Shown: positions 60,201-64,000 of the stretch, in pieces
Layout: every line of letters begins with the position of its first letter
Numbering within the stretch: position 1 is the stretch's first letter
NCBI GenBank assembly: GCA_977862235.1
Contig: OZ374561.1
Span: forward strand, 992,001 to 1,056,000
DNA from: Dudresnaya verticillata
Lineage: Eukaryota
Direction of reading: 5' to 3'
Length of the DNA stretch: 64,000 nucleotides
Program-made: the position numbers and the translations under genes
The notes under the pieces: generated by a model
Databases searched by the model: none
What the model saw: the letters and a program-made list of their open reading frames with translations, nothing else
What the model was told of the DNA's origin: nothing

Positions 60201-62621
60201 TTACTCTTTTTCCGGTTCGACCCGGTCAACATTATTTTCGGAATCCGAGCTATCTTCCTCGGATCCCATTGGCTGGCTAGGGGCCGGGCCGGCGCCTCGC
60301 GTCGATCGCGGCGGCGTGTCAAAAAGGAGCGGGGGCTGCTCGACCTGCCCCCGGGCGGACTCGCCCTTGCTCTGCGCATCGAGCGCTCGCGGGAGCCACT
60401 CGTCGGCTGCTAGCCCGGTGTGCTCCTGCACGGTCATCACTGCCCGAAGCAGTTCACGCTGCGGGTCGGGCCTCGAGGGCGTCGACGCCCGAGGTTGGCG
60501 ACCGGCTTGGTCGTCAAACCCGACCCGCTTGTCGCGAGTGAGGAACCGCGGGACGTCTGCCGTTCGGTATTCGCGGCGCGGATCTCGACGATCCCCGCGG
60601 TACTGTCGTGGCTCCCCGCGATACCTTTGCGCGTCGAAGCGCTGCGGGGGACCCCTATCGTCGAAGCGTCGGGCCCCACCCCGCTGCGCGTCGAAGCGTC
60701 TTGCGGGGTAACTTGCCTTGGCGCCTGCCGGCATGCGCTCGTCGATGAGCTGCTGCAAGTTGTTGCGCGCGTGCGGCTGCGTCTCCAGTCTATGGTTGCA
60801 GTTCGCATACGCGCAGTACAACTGCTGTTCCTTAGTAAGGAATGGGCACGAGTACATGATGTGCCCAAGTTCTCGGCAGAACCAGCAGATGTACCACCCC
60901 TGTCGATCAGGGGTGACAGCGCGGGCCATGCCCTCTTGCGCCGGTGTGAGCGGAGGGATCCTCCTCGGCAGGATGGCATCGATGCGTCCTGCGATGTCGA
61001 GGGTCTCCTCGGCTTGCGCCGCCCCGGCTGTCGACAGCGCGGGCACGACCATGACGGGTTCGAAACCATCGTCATCGGGCGCCACCAACATCGTGCCGTC
61101 GAAGGCCGCTTCCCTATCGGGTGTGTGTGGCGCCTCGATAAGCAGCGTGCGGCCGCTTGGCGAACTGCTTCCCCTACCGCGCCCCGAAACGATGGCCGGC
61201 GTCGACGTCTTGGCCATGCGGGCGCGGTAGGTTGTGCCCTCACTGTGGGCGATCCGACGAACGGTACTGAAGTTGGTCTGCTCGAGCATCGGCATCTGCC
61301 TTACCTTCTCCGCTACTGCGGGTCGGGTGGTCGGAAGCAGACCACGCAGGAACTGGTGCGTCAGGTTCTCGTCGGAGTAGACGCCGGCACAGTCATTTGC
61401 GTAGCCCTCTAGACGAGAGGCGAACTCGAGTTCTGACTCGGTGTCCCGCTGCCGGGCGGTGGTCAGTCGGTCGTGCACGTCGGCGATCACGTCGTCGGTG
61501 ACGAACCTCTCGACGAGGGTATTGACTACCGAGGCCCAGCACGGGGGGGTGCCGCGACTAGTCGTCCGGACCCCCGAGAAAAGGTGACTCGAATACACCT
61601 GGGATGCCGTTCCATCTAGGAACCAGGACACCACTCGCGCCGCTGCGCCTTCCGACAGGCCGACGCCGTTGAAGGCTTGGCGTAGCTGTCTAAGCACGCC
61701 AAGCAAGCGGATGGGCTCCTTGCCGTCGTAGCGATCTAGCCGCGGCATGAGAGCCTTCATCCGGCTGACAATCTTGGTGGTGTTGCCATTGCAGAATTGC
61801 TGCTGATTGTCCCGCTGCCTTATGTCGTCTAGACGATAGGAGCGGTAGTCGATCGCCTTCGCGAATTCGGGGACCAAGGTGCTCAGCGGCTCGACGCCCG
61901 GCATCAATGGCCCCCAGTGCCAGTAGGCCGACACGGGACCTTCGTGTGGTGAGGGGCTAGACGCCCCTCCAACTCCGCGCCCGTCGAGGGCGCGTTGTAG
62001 TAGCTTGGGGTCGACCACGTAGAAGGGTTCGTCATCTCTTGTAGGGCGAGGGGACCCTTGCCCACTCCTAGGCGGAGAGGCCGGTGGAGAAAAAGGGTTT
62101 CGCTGAGCACGACGCTCAGCGAGGAGGGCCTTGGCCAGTTCGCGAACCGGATCCGCTTGAGACGGCGATCGCGGAGGACGGCTCCGCACCGGCGACGGGC
62201 TAGGCGCCCGTCGGTCATACCGCGCCGGTGCGTGCTCAATCAACTCAACGCGTTGGCGTAGCTCGTCGAGGAGCCCTTGGGTTCGGGTTAATCCTTCCTC
62301 GACGGAGGCGAGAGTTCCGCGTCGAAGCGACTCCAGGTCACGTTGACCTTGTGCCCGCGCGTCTGCGGCTGAGGCCATGAAGGTGTCGTACACTTCCGAA
62401 AATGAGTCCATCGTCCCCTCGTAGAGTAGTTGGAGGTCGGTCGCAGAGACCGCTGTCCCTCCTAGGGCCTTGGCGATAGCAGCCCTGCGCTCGATGCGCG
62501 GTTCCTCTAGGGGAGCTCCTGAGACGCCGACGTTACTCAGCAAGGAAGTGCGTCGACCGCCAACTTCACCTGCCGCAGCGTCTGCCGGACCGGCAGCGGC
62601 CGAAGTAGGTACCGGCGGCAT
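60201..62621 (-). CDS. gag: Element G Gag, 806 aa
   Basis: YDGKEPIRLL capsid-like region and zinc knuckle CWFCRELGHIMYSC. Confidence 0.92.
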   Translation of the reverse strand: MPPVPTSAAAGPADAAAGEVGGRRTSLLSNVGVSGAPLEEPRIERRAAIAKALGGTAVSATDLQLLYEGTMDSFSEVYDTFMASAADARAQGQRDLESLRRGTLASVEEGLTRTQGLLDELRQRVELIEHAPARYDRRAPSPSPVRSRPPRSPSQADPVRELAKALLAERRAQRNPFSPPASPPRSGQGSPRPTRDDEPFYVVDPKLLQRALDGRGVGGASSPSPHEGPVSAYWHWGPLMPGVEPLSTLVPEFAKAIDYRSYRLDDIRQRDNQQQFCNGNTTKIVSRMKALMPRLDRYDGKEPIRLLGVLRQLRQAFNGVGLSEGAAARVVSWFLDGTASQVYSSHLFSGVRTTSRGTPPCWASVVNTLVERFVTDDVIADVHDRLTTARQRDTESELEFASRLEGYANDCAGVYSDENLTHQFLRGLLPTTRPAVAEKVRQMPMLEQTNFSTVRRIAHSEGTTYRARMAKTSTPAIVSGRGRGSSSPSGRTLLIEAPHTPDREAAFDGTMLVAPDDDGFEPVMVVPALSTAGAAQAEETLDIAGRIDAILPRRIPPLTPAQEGMARAVTPDRQGWYICWFCRELGHIMYSCPFLTKEQQLYCAYANCNHRLETQPHARNNLQQLIDERMPAGAKASYPARRFDAQRGGARRFDDRGPPQRFDAQRYRGEPRQYRGDRRDPRREYRTADVPRFLTRDKRVGFDDQAGRQPRASTPSRPDPQRELLRAVMTVQEHTGLAADEWLPRALDAQSKGESARGQVEQPPLLFDTPPRSTRGAGPAPSQPMGSEEDSSDSENNVDRVEPEKE

Positions 62622-62689
62622 TCTTGGCCTCGATCGCGTCGACGCGAGAGGTGATAGGGTCTTCTGCGACTTCTAGGTCGGGAGACCAG

Positions 62690-63526
62690 TGTGGCATAGA
62701 CGTCAGGTCGAACTGACGTCTAGCTGCGCTGGTCGATCGGTCGCACCCAGACCCGTCGAAGGGTGGTAGCTGTGGTGGTAGAGCGGTGGTGTCGGCCGCG
62801 CGCGCCGTCGACGGTCGCGGATCAACGGCGTCGAAGCCTGAGCGCGCACGGGGCGTACCGTACGCGGGCGGCAGCGGCCGGATCCCTGCGTCCCCGTCGT
62901 GGGGCGGCACGAAGCCGACGGTAGGGAAAGGAAAAGGAAAGCCTAGACGGCTAGGGAAAGAGGGAAGCCGTAGGGCGAAGGACTGGGAAAGAAACCCAAA
63001 GCAGAAAGGGCAAGCCTGGCGTAGGCTGGCTTGCCTTGGTTTAATGAAGCCCAGAGGGGCGACTACTAGATATACTACAGGGCCTGCGGCGGCACCAACC
63101 CGTGAGGTGCGCCGGCGCGCCCCAACACGCGTCGACGCGTACGGGTAACGGTAACCCGGGGGCGCGCGTAGGCGGAACGGTCCACACGTACTCAACGGCT
63201 CGACGCCGGAGTGCGCGCGCGCGTGTCACGCACTCAACGGCTCGCGCCGGAGTGCGTGCGCACAGCGCGCGGGACAGCAGGGCGTTCGACCGCCGCTTAC
63301 ACTAGAGGGTGCTGTACACTTACAAAACAATAAACGTAGAAATTGCATGGGAGTTTCAGTGTCACACGCGAACGCGTGTACACGTGGGCGCCACTGCGCA
63401 CTCCCTTACAGTTCAGCGGGGCTTCGGCGCCACCGGCTGACAGCGTGCGCACAGCAGTGCACACGTGGCGCAGCTGGTCTTACAGCTGCGCGTGCGTGGC
63501 ACCGCTGGTCTTACATCTATGTGACA
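62690..63526 (-). repeat. Element G 5' LTR
   Basis: Adjacent to the PBS; followed by TSD CATGG. Confidence 0.95.
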
Positions 63527-64000
63527 CATGGTCTTCAGTGCGCAAACGAATGTTTGGAGTTCGTAAGATACTTTCAGGTCCTCATTGTGTGCCTTCTAAT
63601 GAAATTACTTGTCACCAGGCGCAAGGGGCGACTTTTCCAAAGGCAGTGGCATGTATTTCAAAAGACTTTCGGCAGTATGGAATGTCTAATGTAGCACTCT
63701 CACGTGTCCCGGATGACAACAATTTCGCACTGGAGAATGCAATATCGGCCGATATATTGCAGCCTGCTCCCAATATCTCCACATTCTTCGAATCGGAGTG
63801 CATGAGAAGTGAACGTTTAATCACTGATTCACACAGATAATTACTGTCCATGATTTCAAGGACAATACCATCATGTTGTTGAATAACCACAACCGAGAGT
63901 TATCTCTGGGAAGGTGAAATGTAACCGTTGTGTGGCACACGTTGTGATAGCAGAGAGTGAGTCGGCATAACTATTGATAGTCAGATCTGGGTTATGCAGC

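Larger units (their letters stand above)
50156..63526 (-). mobile_element. Full-length GC-rich Ty3/Gypsy chromodomain element G (13.4 kb)
   Basis: LTRs 50156-50991 and 62690-63526, TSD CATGG, PBS 62671-62688, PPT 50992-51006. Confidence 0.97.
47032..63840 (+). mobile_element. Decayed Helitron-like Rep/PIF1 helicase element, interrupted by G; termini not defined
   Basis: DUF6570-like LSEFEQLLISPV..GQ..KGQCISF..DV..LPR. Rep motifs LFVTLSAADTLWPE and frameshifted FEWQGR..HILFWL. PIF1 C-terminal ITCHQAQGAT..VALSRV rejoins in frame across G (VICVPW|SSVR). Confidence 0.85.

Noticed and set aside
59722..61412. Long + strand ORFs overlapping G gag and protease
   Set aside because: Expected shadow ORFs in GC-rich coding DNA; no motifs of their own.

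Overview
Eukaryotic, intron-poor DNA; gene style and TE families suggest a red alga, but this is inferred, not proven. Positions 1-10.3 kb hold host sequence: a frameshifted membrane-protein gene, decayed Cys-rich secreted-protein genes and an intact knottin-like peptide gene. From 10.3 kb onward the window is a TE nest whose junctions can all be resolved. A tyrosine-recombinase (DIRS/PAT-like) retrotransposon (10322-45849) is split by chromodomain Ty3/Gypsy element A (11311-42508). A in turn carries three solo LTRs (B, C, E), a deleted element (D) and a young full-length element (F, 28561-41486). A decayed Helitron (~45.9-63.9 kb) is split by another full-length Gypsy, G (50156-63526). All seven LTR insertions have 5-bp target-site duplications (TSDs), and A, D, F and G share one 18-nt primer-binding site (PBS). 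Most interesting: A, F and G each carry a large antisense ORF between pol and the 3' LTR. The A and F proteins are clearly homologous, G more remotely, and I recognise no known domain in them. Families also accumulate their own short palindromic motif (G: CGTCGACG; D/E: YGGCCR; F: GGA-N-TTCC). Together these suggest an undescribed accessory-protein/cis-motif system, possibly anti-silencing; the function is a hypothesis.
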